DNA of 56,016 nucleotides from a virus: IMG/VR virus record IMGVR_UViG_3300012925_000002; one strand, written 5' to 3'. The translations under genes were made by a program, and so were the position numbers. The notes below the pieces were generated by a model. It was not told where the DNA came from. It was given only the letters and a program-made list of their open reading frames with translations, and did not search any database. The stretch's first letter is position 1; every line of letters starts with the position of its first letter. Below are positions 33,537 through 42,083 of the stretch, piece by piece.

Positions 33537-33722
33537 CTAGTCCGGCATGCCCATGCCCCTGCCCTGCTGATCCAGCATGCATCCGGGATTTTCGATGCGG
33601 CCGTCGGGTTGGATGATCTTGTGGCAGATGGAATGGTAGGTCATTCCGCTGAAAAGCACGCTGAGCGCAATGAGTGCTGCGATGGCCAGCAGCCCGAGCA
33701 GGATGTCGCGAAGTCGGTTCAT
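33537..33722 (-). CDS. Antisense-oriented small membrane protein (61 aa)
   Basis: High GC3 on the minus strand. RBS AAGAG. TM segment ILLGLLAIAALIALSVLF. 3 Cys. Confidence 0.5.
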   Translation of the reverse strand: MNRLRDILLGLLAIAALIALSVLFSGMTYHSICHKIIQPDGRIENPGCMLDQQGRGMGMPD

Positions 33723-33808
33723 GGCGGGGCTCTTTCACAGTTGCGGTTCCTGAGAAGTACACGGTTTTCGGTAAATATCGCGTTAGTTGCGTTGCGTGGA
33801 GAAAGTTT

Positions 33809-34096
33809 ATGCACGGTACTATACAGAGGCGGGCGGTTGATGCTCGCGAAATCGACCGACCGGATGGGCCGGCGACCGACCGAATGGTCGGAGACGTTCT
33901 CACCGGGATTGTTTGGCACCTCTGGGGTGAATGTGCGCCGGCCAAACTCGCGGCGATCATCAAATGCGATCCGCGCACGGTCGAACGCTACATGGAAGGC
34001 GCGCGCGATTGGTCCGGCGACGCGCTTGCTGCCGTCGTCGCCGAAATTCTCCGTCGCCACTCCATGCGAAATTTCAAGATCGTTCCAAAGCGGTGA
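33809..34096 (+). CDS. Hypothetical HTH-like protein
   Basis: RBS GGAGAAAG. ..AKLAAIIKCDPRTVERYMEG... Confidence 0.5.
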   Translation: MHGTIQRRAVDAREIDRPDGPATDRMVGDVLTGIVWHLWGECAPAKLAAIIKCDPRTVERYMEGARDWSGDALAAVVAEILRRHSMRNFKIVPKR

Positions 34097-34276
34097 CAAG
34101 CCTGAGAGACGCTCACCTAATTCCAGTTCGGGCGACGGCCTTGGCATCCAACAGCCCGGGTCAATGACATGGGGCGGACAGTCAAGGTCGCCAGCTCCAT
34201 CGGGAAGGGCGCGTGATCGCGCTAAATGCCCCGCCGTCGCCCGATCCCTTACACCGTTTTGCCGGAGGGCTTTTTG

Positions 34277-34948
34277 ATGGTTCACCTTGCCACTGAAGCC
34301 GCGTCGGCGCCTATCGGTCAGGCTGCAGCGGAAGATGCTTCGCCACTGGACCTGCAGCCATTCTGCAGCACGGATGAAGTCCGGCCTTACCTGATGAAGC
34401 CGTTTTCGCGGCACGGATTCACCTGGGCCACCAACGGGCATATTCTGGTTCGTGTGACACTGCGGTCCGACATTTCAGATGTCGACAAAAAGTTCAACAT
34501 CGCCGGACCGTTGCAAGACTTTGAGAGCGCATCGTTCTTTAAGCCTGAATATTTTCTGCCGCCGCCGGTGCCTGCGCCTGTTGGATGCGCCGCATGCGAC
34601 GGGCGAGGACATGAACATGATTGCCCGAGTTGTGGATGTATCTGCGGGGCCTGTGACGGCAAGGGCGAAGTTAACCCCGAAAATAACATGTCGGTATCGA
34701 TCGGCCCGACGCCTTTTAGTCTCAAGTATATCCGCCAGATTCTTTCGCTTCCCGGCATTGAGATCGAGACGCTGGCGGCTGATCAAAGCATGAAACCACT
34801 TTTCTTCCGCTTCGATGGCGGTATTGGCGCCCTGATGCCCCTTCGGTCACCGCACACTGATCATGTCGACCTCACGCGGAAATCTGATGAAGCCTCATCG
34901 CTGCCGCCTGACTTCTCCACTGCCGAAGCGCCGGCAGTGCCGCGCTGA
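34277..34948 (+). CDS. Beta-clamp (DnaN) domain-like protein with inserted CxxC zinc-ribbon
   Basis: RBS GGAGGG. ..TDEVRPYLMKPF..FTWATNGHILVRV.. (DnaN ..TRYYLNG..VATDGHRLA..). ..FSLKYIRQIL..PLFFRF..GALMPLR.. (DnaN C-terminus ..MPMRL). CAACDGRG..CPSCGCICGACDGKG. Confidence 0.55.
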   Translation: MVHLATEAASAPIGQAAAEDASPLDLQPFCSTDEVRPYLMKPFSRHGFTWATNGHILVRVTLRSDISDVDKKFNIAGPLQDFESASFFKPEYFLPPPVPAPVGCAACDGRGHEHDCPSCGCICGACDGKGEVNPENNMSVSIGPTPFSLKYIRQILSLPGIEIETLAADQSMKPLFFRFDGGIGALMPLRSPHTDHVDLTRKSDEASSLPPDFSTAEAPAVPR

Positions 34949-34990
34949 ATCAAATCTGGTTTCTTAGTTTCCACGCGTATCCGCGTTCCA
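34901..34990 (+). repeat. Junction repeat, orphan 3' half, copy F'
   Basis: CTGCCGCCTGACTTCTCCACTGCCGAAGCGCCGGCAGTGCCGCGCTGAATCAAATCTGGTTT... It supplies the last ~16 codons and the stop of the preceding gene. Confidence 0.85.
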
Positions 34991-35086
34991 GTTGCATCAC
35001 CTGGCGTAAAATCCTCTTAAGCCGTTTTGCCCGTCCGGTCATCTTCCGGACGCAAGAACGCTTGTCTCTTGTTTTCGGAGCGCCCG

Positions 35087-35317
35087 ATGCCATCGGCCCA
35101 TAACCTCATCTCGCTTGCGCTGATCCACATCTCGATCGGCGCCGCAGTCTGGATGCTGCTCTACGGCCTTGGCCTGGTCGACTACCAGCGCAAAAGATGG
35201 GCCGCGCGCGGGCAGGAACTGACGCCAGTGGCATTCGGGCTGGCGATTTTGATGGTGATCGTGCTGTGGCCGAAATTTGTGGTGGCGTTCGTTAACGCGC
35301 GGATGGTGCGGCGATGA
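35087..35317 (+). CDS. Small membrane protein (2 TM)
   Basis: ..LISLALIHISIGAAVWMLLYGL.. and ..VAFGLAILMVIVLW... Confidence 0.5.
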   Translation: MPSAHNLISLALIHISIGAAVWMLLYGLGLVDYQRKRWAARGQELTPVAFGLAILMVIVLWPKFVVAFVNARMVRR

Positions 35318-36675
35318 ACCCCTTCCTCGCAGCGGGCGGCTTGTTGATGCCGGGCTCCCCGCGCCCGAAGCATCATCCGTTCGCAAATCTGTTCCCGATG
35401 CTGGCGGATGAACGTCGGGAGAGTTTCCGCGCCTCTCTTGCCGAAGGCCAAAACCACCCGATCATTCTGCACAAGGGTTTCGTCCTCGACGGCCGCAATC
35501 GCGAGCGCGAACTCGCCGAACTCGGAAAGCCGGTTGCCTACGCGATTTTTACAGGGACCGACGAATTCGCGCTCAAATTTGTCATCGCCGAAAATCTTGA
35601 GCGGCGCGATCTCACCGACAAGCAACGGGCGTTGATCGCGGCCTCGATCGCAACGCTAAGGCTTGGTGCCAATCAACATTCGCGGCAGGCTGCGCCAATT
35701 GGCGGACCCTCGCTTGATTTCGGAGAGCAAGATCAGCACGCGACGGAGGAAAGATCGTCGCCGCTTTCCCTGGGCGAAGCCTCGACGCTGATGAATGTGC
35801 CGCGCCGCAGCGTCGAACGTGCCGCGGTCATCGAAGCTGGCGCCACGCCAGAATTGATGGAGGCGGTCAGGACCGGGCCCGTGTCGCTCGATACGGGGGC
35901 TGCGTTGGCGCGCCTTCCATCGGAAGAGCAGAAGGCCATTCTCGACGCGCTCCCCCGCGATGAGGCCGGCAAACTCACGGCGGAAGCCAAGAAAGAAATC
36001 CGTAAAGCCGCGAAGGAGGTCCGCGTCGAGGACCAGGCCGAGAAAAAGCGCAAGCGCGGCGAGCGGGAGCAAAAGCTCGGCGCCAAAATCCGCGCACTGC
36101 CGGATATCAAGGCCGGCCTGATCCTCTCGGACTTCGAATGGCACTTCAAGGTGCGCTCGGAGGAAACCGGGATGGATCGCCACGCCTCCAACCACTACGT
36201 CACGGCCAAGGAAGCCTCGACGCCGGAAGCGATCGTCGAACGCCAGCGCGAGCGCATGAGCATCGCCGCGGAAGATTGTATCCATCTGATGTGGTGTCCG
36301 GCGTCGTTTTCGGCGATCGCTCACAAGGTGATGGAGCTACAGGGTTTTACCTACGTCTCGCAATTCTGCTGGATCAAGCCTTCGATCGGCACAGGTTTTT
36401 GGGTGCGGGACAGGCATGAACTGCTGTTGATCGGCGTCAAGGGCAAGGTGCCGTGCCCCGCGATGGGCGACCAATTCGATTCAGCGATCGAGGCACCCAA
36501 GGGTGATCATTCCGAGAAGCCGGATTTCCAGTACGAAATCGCGGAACATTATTTCCCAAGCCTGCCCAAGGTCGAGTTGAACGCGCGGCGGGCGCGGGAT
36601 GGATGGATATCGTGGGGGAACGAAGCGCCGGAGCAACCGTCGCTCGAAATCGACAGTGAGGAGCAAGCCGCATGA
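35314..36675 (+). CDS. ParB-like N-domain fused to an MT-A70 family methyltransferase domain (motif IV reads DFEW)
   Basis: ..HPIILHKGFVLDGRNRE.. (ParB N). ..LILSDFEWHF..NHYVT..GFWVRDRHELLLIG..DHSEKPD..VELNARR..GWISWGNE.. (MT-A70). Confidence 0.8.
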   Translation: MNPFLAAGGLLMPGSPRPKHHPFANLFPMLADERRESFRASLAEGQNHPIILHKGFVLDGRNRERELAELGKPVAYAIFTGTDEFALKFVIAENLERRDLTDKQRALIAASIATLRLGANQHSRQAAPIGGPSLDFGEQDQHATEERSSPLSLGEASTLMNVPRRSVERAAVIEAGATPELMEAVRTGPVSLDTGAALARLPSEEQKAILDALPRDEAGKLTAEAKKEIRKAAKEVRVEDQAEKKRKRGEREQKLGAKIRALPDIKAGLILSDFEWHFKVRSEETGMDRHASNHYVTAKEASTPEAIVERQRERMSIAAEDCIHLMWCPASFSAIAHKVMELQGFTYVSQFCWIKPSIGTGFWVRDRHELLLIGVKGKVPCPAMGDQFDSAIEAPKGDHSEKPDFQYEIAEHYFPSLPKVELNARRARDGWISWGNEAPEQPSLEIDSEEQAA

Positions 36676-36935
36676 GCCTCTGGGTCCGACTAATCGGCGG
36701 TCCGCACGAAGGCCGCGTCCAGAAGGTCGATGACGACCAGGCCGAGGTCGTGCTGACAGATACCGTGCCCGTGCGCGCCGCACACCGAAACTTCGGGCTT
36801 GCAGCGGCATCCATCGAGATCAAGCAGACGCGCTACACGCGGCGTGTCGTCAGTACACCGGATGGCAGTATCGTCTATTTCGCCCGCGCGGAATTGAGCG
36901 ACTTCGAAGCGTTGCGGCATGTGTTGGGACCATAG
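36672..36935 (+). CDS. Hypothetical protein
   Basis: 87 aa. ATGA coupling. Confidence 0.5.
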   Translation: MSLWVRLIGGPHEGRVQKVDDDQAEVVLTDTVPVRAAHRNFGLAAASIEIKQTRYTRRVVSTPDGSIVYFARAELSDFEALRHVLGP

Positions 36936-36950
36936 GGAAAAGGATTTCAC

Positions 36951-37487
36951 GTGAAACAAACGAAGCTGATGTCCTTCCTCGAAACCGCGCTCTCGACCGC
37001 GATCGGCTTTGCTGTTGCGCTGGCAACACAAATCTTCGTCTTCCCGCTATTCGGTTTTCATCCGCAGTTTCATGAAAACCTGCTGATCACGCTGATCTTC
37101 ACGGCTGTCTCGATTGCGCGGCAATTTGTGGTGCGCAGGATGTTCGAAGCGCTGCATATTCGCAGGCCGTTGTCGCCTGCGGTGCAAGCCGTGATCGCCG
37201 AGCGCTTCCGGCAAAAGGAAGTCGAGGGCTGGGATGAAGCGCACGATGACGCGCACCTGCCGGGCGAACTGGCGCAGGCTGGCGCAGCCTATGCGCTCGC
37301 GATGAACAGCGTCGTTATTTCCAAGTACGGCACGACGACACCTTTTAACGGACGTGACATCTGGCCTTGGACTTCCGATTGGTGGAAGGCAAAGGATACG
37401 CGCCGCAATTTGGTCAAGGCGGCTGCGCTGATCCTGGCAGAACTGGAAAAATTCGATCGCGCGCGGAAAACAGGAAGAGGGCGGTAA
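36951..37487 (+). CDS. Hypothetical protein with N-terminal membrane segments
   Basis: 178 aa. ..AIGFAVALATQIFVFPLFGF.. and ..LLITLIFTAVSIA... Confidence 0.5.
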   Translation: MKQTKLMSFLETALSTAIGFAVALATQIFVFPLFGFHPQFHENLLITLIFTAVSIARQFVVRRMFEALHIRRPLSPAVQAVIAERFRQKEVEGWDEAHDDAHLPGELAQAGAAYALAMNSVVISKYGTTTPFNGRDIWPWTSDWWKAKDTRRNLVKAAALILAELEKFDRARKTGRGR

Positions 37488-37672
37488 TGGTTTGGACAAT
37501 GGTATCAATTCCGTTCTGGCTGTTGGGGCTGTTTTGCGGCGTGTGCTCCGTCACCGCCATCACGCATCGCTATCCTTACGAGACGCCAGTGCAGGTCTGC
37601 GGTCAGAGCTTGATCTCGCTGCTTCTCTGCGGCGCGTTGTGGGTGATCGCGGCAAAAGTGGCGGGGGTTTGA
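37487..37672 (+). CDS. Small membrane protein
   Basis: TAATG coupling. Two hydrophobic segments. Confidence 0.45.
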   Translation: MVWTMVSIPFWLLGLFCGVCSVTAITHRYPYETPVQVCGQSLISLLLCGALWVIAAKVAGV

Positions 37673-38445
37673 TGAAGCCGCAAAAACAGCTCTTCCGCCA
37701 TCGCCCCACCGAGGGCATCTTCGGCGACTGCCATCGGACCGCAATCGCCTGCGTGCTCGATATGGACGCCAAGGACGTGCCGCACTTCATGGACGCTTCG
37801 GCGTATGAGAAGGGTGGCGGTAGCATCGCGCAGGCAAAACTTGAGGCGTGGCTGAACGCGCGCGGCATCGTCAGCATCGCGATCGCCTATCCCGCGGCGG
37901 ATGTAGAAGTTGAGCAAATTCTCAACTCGGTGATGTGGTGCAACCCTGCGACGAAGCCCGTGTTCATTCTTTCCGGGCTATCGAAGATCGGTGCCAACCA
38001 TTGCGTGGTGTGCTGTGACGGCGAGGTGGTCTGCGATCCGACCTTGGACGAACCCGGCATCATCGGCCCCTGCGATGACGGGTTCTACTGGCTGACGTTC
38101 TTCGGCTCGCTCGCCGCAACCGACAGCCCGGCAAAGCACAAGCGCGATGCAGCGGGAAAACGCGACCGGCTGGATGTTGCGGCTTCGCTGTTGTCGGGTG
38201 ATCTGATCGCCGCCGGCATGCCGAAGGGGTCGTTCTACATCACGATCGGGGACGGGGAATTGCACGTCTATGCGAAAGCGGAAGCCTTGGCAGGGGCAGC
38301 AAGAGAACGGGTGACGATGCCTTGCGTCTATCCGGTTGAGTGGCATGTGCAGCAGGGCAGGGAAGTGCTGGTTCAAGCTGTCTCTGCCGTTGTGGAGACG
38401 GAATGCGATCACCCTGGCGGCGTGGAGGTGGAGGTGGTTGAATGA
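37672..38445 (+). CDS. Hypothetical protein; possible Cys/His peptidase-like fold
   Basis: TGATG coupling. ..FGDCHRTAIACVL.. and ..GANHCVVC... The functional idea is weak. Confidence 0.5.
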   Translation: MKPQKQLFRHRPTEGIFGDCHRTAIACVLDMDAKDVPHFMDASAYEKGGGSIAQAKLEAWLNARGIVSIAIAYPAADVEVEQILNSVMWCNPATKPVFILSGLSKIGANHCVVCCDGEVVCDPTLDEPGIIGPCDDGFYWLTFFGSLAATDSPAKHKRDAAGKRDRLDVAASLLSGDLIAAGMPKGSFYITIGDGELHVYAKAEALAGAARERVTMPCVYPVEWHVQQGREVLVQAVSAVVETECDHPGGVEVEVVE

Positions 38446-38690
38446 AGATGCCTCAAATCATCAGCATTACCGGGCCGCTACCTCGCGAGCTCGCCAATGC
38501 AGTCTCTTCGGCAATTCACTTCGCGCTTCAGCGCGGCATGGCGATCGATGAAGCTTGCTGCGTCGTCGCCGGCATCGCTGCCGATTACGCCCGTGTCGAA
38601 TATGGAGATGAGTATCTCGATAACCTCGCGGCCGTGATCAAGGCCCATGCAGGCAGGCCGCTTCCGCGGGGCGCGAAAGGCAAAAAGTGA
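38442..38690 (+). CDS. Hypothetical protein
   Basis: 82 aa. ATGA coupling. Confidence 0.5.
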   Translation: MKMPQIISITGPLPRELANAVSSAIHFALQRGMAIDEACCVVAGIAADYARVEYGDEYLDNLAAVIKAHAGRPLPRGAKGKK

Positions 38691-39220
38691 ATGTGGCTCT
38701 ACATCCCCGACGCTTCAACCTCATCAGCCTCTGCACCGGAGGCGGCGGCCTCGATCTCGGCGTCGAGCTGGCAATGCCAGATGCTCGCTCAGTCGTGTGT
38801 GTGGAGAGGGAAGCATTCGCGGCCTCACAACTGGTCTGCGCGATACAAAAAGGTCTCCTGGCTGAAGCCGCTATTTGGAGCGATGTTGGAACCTTCGACG
38901 GCCGCCCATGGCGCGGCCTCGTGGATGGCGTCATTGGCGGCATCCCGTGCCAGCCTCATTCCCTCGCCGGAAAACGACGCGGCAGCGATGACGAGCGCGA
39001 CCTCTGGAGTGATGCGCGGCGCATCATCGTGCAGTCCGGAGCCTGGTTCGTCCTCATCGAAAACGTCCCCGGCATGCTTTCGGCGAAGCCCGGCCTCGAT
39101 CCGGGAGCGCTCCGGGTCCGCCGTGACCTACAAAGACTGGGTTTCCGGGTTGAGGCGGGACTGTTTACGGCGGCAGAGGTTGGCGCGAGCCACAAGAGAG
39201 AACGGTTGTTTATCCTCGCT
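38687..39220 (+). CDS. C5-cytosine DNA methyltransferase, N-terminal catalytic half (motifs I-VIII); continues in the +1 frame
   Basis: GTG start (GTGA coupling). ..LCTGGGGLDLG.. (I), ..GGIPCQPHS.. (IV), ..ENVPGML.. (VI), ..HKRERLFILA.. (VIII). Beyond ~39220 this frame loses protein-like character. Confidence 0.7.
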
Positions 39221-39221
39221 G

Positions 39222-41930
39222 TGGCCGACAATGGACGCGGCGGTCAGCAACGATGGCGAGCAGCCGGAAACGTTCTTCGCGCGCCGGCAGGAAATCAAGG
39301 CGAAGGGCATCAACGGCAACGGCATGGGGACGCCACTCGCGATAGCGGCGAAGGCTTGGCCGACTCCGTCGGCGAAGCTTGGGGACGATCGGAGGGGTTT
39401 TCCGTCGCCGGAATTGGCGGCGGCGCGGATCAAGAGCGGTCGCAGCAATCTCGACGATGCCGTGTCGAACTGGCCAACTCCGACCTCACGCGACTGGAAG
39501 GATACCGGCAATCTGGCGAACGTGCCGGAGAACGGCCTTCTGGGCCGGGTTGCGGCGAACTGGTCCACCCCGAGGGCGACGGACGGCGAGAAGGGCGGAC
39601 CGAACCAGAGCTTTGGAGCGGGCGGGACGCCGCTGCCGGCGCAAGCGATGCAATGGTCAACGCCGACGGTCAACGGCAACACCAACCGCAAGGGATCGTC
39701 GCCGACTTCGCAGGACGGTCTGAGGACGCCAGGCGGTCGACCGCTTTTCCCTCCCGGCCCATCCGATCTATCCGGTTGGCGGGGTGCCCTCGAAAGAGCG
39801 CCGGAGCTTGAACCCGCTTTTCGTCGAGTGGCTGATGGGCTGGCCTCCCGGCTGGACGTTGCTCGCGTGGACCGACTTCGCATGCTCGGCAACGGCGTTG
39901 TCCCGCTGGAAGCAGCGTATGCGATCCGAACTCTCTGGGCTCGGTTCGGGATGCAATCCATGACCGCAACAGCCCGCGCCACCTCTCAGCCCGAAACCTT
40001 CTACTTCGACCGCGAGCGTTCGCCCGGCGTCACTATCACGCTGCCGTCGATCGATGTCGACGAAGACCGCAACCAGTACCTGCGCGAGGGCATCGCAAAG
40101 ATGATCCGCCGCGCCCGCCGCTACATGCGCGCCAAGGATGGCGAAGGAACACGATGGACCGAAGGCTATGCCGGACGGATCATCGAATGGGCATTGCTGT
40201 TGAAGGAAGAAGGGCTGGTTCAAGCGGCCACTGCCGATGTGGGAGCGCCTATCGATCACCCGGGCAGGGAAGTTGCCGCAAGTGACGAAGACAGGGTGAT
40301 CGAAGATTCTACCAGCGATCACGCTGGCAGCTTGAATCAACCTATTACCGACGCCGAAAAAGATACTCTCGGTATAACCGATCCCATCGTCCACTCCCTG
40401 ATCGAGACCCACCGCACCCGCAAAATCTTCCCCGCCGGGCATACTTTCGCGATGACCAACCCCGTCATCAACGGCCACATGGTCACCTTAGGCACCTGCA
40501 GCTGCGGCGAAACCTTCTCCTATGCCTATGGCAGCGCCGGCCACGAACGGATGGATGCCGCGATCGAGGCGCACTGGCAGAAGTTCGATGCGACCGCAGA
40601 CAAGATCGACGGGCGCGGCGAGCCGATCGGCGGCGAGGCGCCGGCCGTCAAACCGAAACGAAAAAAGAAATCCCAACCCGACGCGATAGGCCAACCCGCG
40701 TCGATCGCGTCCGCGCCTGATAGTGCAGGCATCCACGGCGCGGACGCCCCTTCTTCCGATATCGCAGACGCGGCCCCACGCGCCATGCGATCAGAGCCCG
40801 CGCCTCACGCGCCCCCATCCGGCGCGGGCTCGACCCTTTTAGAGGATGCGCCAATTGGCGCAGGCTTGGTTGCGGCAGACATGGCGGCCGAACCACAGGA
40901 CGATTGGTCGGAGCTATTGCGGGCGGCGACGGACCTGGCGTGGCGGGAGCCGCAGCCGATCACGGAAACGCAAAAGATGCTGCTGGACTTCGGCAAGGTC
41001 TACGCGCATCCGAGGGAGGTTGAGCGTCCGGTCCTGCGATATCTGGGCGGCAAGTTCAGGCTTGCGCCTTGGATCATTTCCCATTTCCCTCCGCATCGGG
41101 TCTATGTTGAGCCATTCGGCGGCGCGGCGTCCGTTCTGCTGCGCAAGCCGCGATCGGCCGGCGAGTGCTATAACGACATCGATGGCAATTTGGTGAATCT
41201 CTTCGCCGTATTGCGGGACTTGGAGATGGCGTCCGAGCTGTGCCGGCGCCTGGTGCTGACGCCCTTTGCGCGCGACGAATACGATTCGGCATTCGAGACT
41301 ACGGAAGACCCGATAGAACGCGCGAGGCGGCTGATCGTCCGCTCCTACATGGGGCACGGCTCTTCATCTGCTATTTCCGAGAGATCGACGGGGTTTCGGG
41401 CCTCGCTCGTAAACAGGGGTGGCGCGCTGCCTGCGGGCGAGTGGCCCGGCATGCCCGGGGCCCTGCAGGCGATCACTGATCGCATTCAAGGCGTGCTGTT
41501 GGAATGCCGTCCCGCACTGCAAGTGATCGAGCGGTACGACGCTGCCGATACGCTGATTTATCTGGATCCGCCTTACGTGCAGGAAACCCGTTCGGCCAAG
41601 CGGCGCGGCGGACGCGCGTTCCACGCCTATGCCTTCGAGCTATCTGACGATGATCATGTCGCACTATTGGACCGCGTGCTGCAGGCGCGCGCGATGATCG
41701 TAATCTCGGGATATTCGAGTGCACTTTATGAAGAGAAGCTTTCCGCCTGGCGCCGCGAGGTGGTCGAGACGCACGCCGACGGCGCGCTTGATCGAACCGA
41801 AGTGCTTTGGCTCAATCCGCGGTGCGCCGAAGCCCTCGATGAACTCAATCCACCATTGTTCAACATGGCGGAATTGATCGCGGCCAATACCCCCCCCCCC
41901 CCTCGACGACAGCAACCTAGCGGAGGCTGA
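39222..41930 (+). CDS. C5-MTase C-terminal half (WPTP repeats, motif X) fused to an unknown middle region and a D12/Dam-class N6-adenine MTase
   Basis: Frame +1: ..LWPTMDA.., ..AWPTPSA.., ..NWPTPTSRDWKD.., ..RMLGNGVVP... There is no stop until 41930. C-terminus ..RYLGGKFRL..YVEPFGGAASVLL..YNDIDGNLVNLF..LIYLDPPYV... Confidence 0.7.
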   Translation, partial: WPTMDAAVSNDGEQPETFFARRQEIKAKGINGNGMGTPLAIAAKAWPTPSAKLGDDRRGFPSPELAAARIKSGRSNLDDAVSNWPTPTSRDWKDTGNLANVPENGLLGRVAANWSTPRATDGEKGGPNQSFGAGGTPLPAQAMQWSTPTVNGNTNRKGSSPTSQDGLRTPGGRPLFPPGPSDLSGWRGALERAPELEPAFRRVADGLASRLDVARVDRLRMLGNGVVPLEAAYAIRTLWARFGMQSMTATARATSQPETFYFDRERSPGVTITLPSIDVDEDRNQYLREGIAKMIRRARRYMRAKDGEGTRWTEGYAGRIIEWALLLKEEGLVQAATADVGAPIDHPGREVAASDEDRVIEDSTSDHAGSLNQPITDAEKDTLGITDPIVHSLIETHRTRKIFPAGHTFAMTNPVINGHMVTLGTCSCGETFSYAYGSAGHERMDAAIEAHWQKFDATADKIDGRGEPIGGEAPAVKPKRKKKSQPDAIGQPASIASAPDSAGIHGADAPSSDIADAAPRAMRSEPAPHAPPSGAGSTLLEDAPIGAGLVAADMAAEPQDDWSELLRAATDLAWREPQPITETQKMLLDFGKVYAHPREVERPVLRYLGGKFRLAPWIISHFPPHRVYVEPFGGAASVLLRKPRSAGECYNDIDGNLVNLFAVLRDLEMASELCRRLVLTPFARDEYDSAFETTEDPIERARRLIVRSYMGHGSSSAISERSTGFRASLVNRGGALPAGEWPGMPGALQAITDRIQGVLLECRPALQVIERYDAADTLIYLDPPYVQETRSAKRRGGRAFHAYAFELSDDDHVALLDRVLQARAMIVISGYSSALYEEKLSAWRREVVETHADGALDRTEVLWLNPRCAEALDELNPPLFNMAELIAANTPPPPRRQQPSGG
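41890..41902 (+). repeat. Homopolymeric C13 tract
   Basis: Read directly. Lies 26 nt before the MTase stop and ~20 nt upstream of the next gene's RBS. Confidence 0.9.
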
Positions 41931-41933
41931 CGC

Positions 41934-42083
41934 ATGACAAAATTCTTTTCGCCGTTCGAAACTGGACATAGGCCCATCGCAGGTTGGCGCTGGTACTGGC
42001 GCCTCCTGCGCGCATATCCCGAGATGGATCGACGGGTTGAGCATGACTGCTTCGCCGCGATGCCGGGGCTCGTCTGGGCATGA
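41934..42083 (+). CDS. Hypothetical 49-aa protein
   Basis: GGAGG lies 7 nt upstream of the ATG. ATGA overlap with the next gene. Below the ORF-track length cutoff. Confidence 0.5.
   Translation: MTKFFSPFETGHRPIAGWRWYWRLLRAYPEMDRRVEHDCFAAMPGLVWA

Noticed and set aside
34141-34230. Possible degenerate 5' half (TCAATGACA .. GTGATCGC) upstream of the clamp-like gene that could pair with orphan copy F'.
   Set aside because: The spacing between the two motifs is ~50 nt rather than ~33 nt, and identity is low. It is not supportable by eye.
39221-39811. Continuation of the C5-MTase N-terminal frame to a stop at 39811 (the 374-aa ORF in the track).
   Set aside because: Beyond ~39220 this frame reads as G/R/E-rich filler. 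The +1 frame carries the WPTP repeats and motif X and has the strong third-position GC bias. It is treated as a non-coding extension after a frame break.
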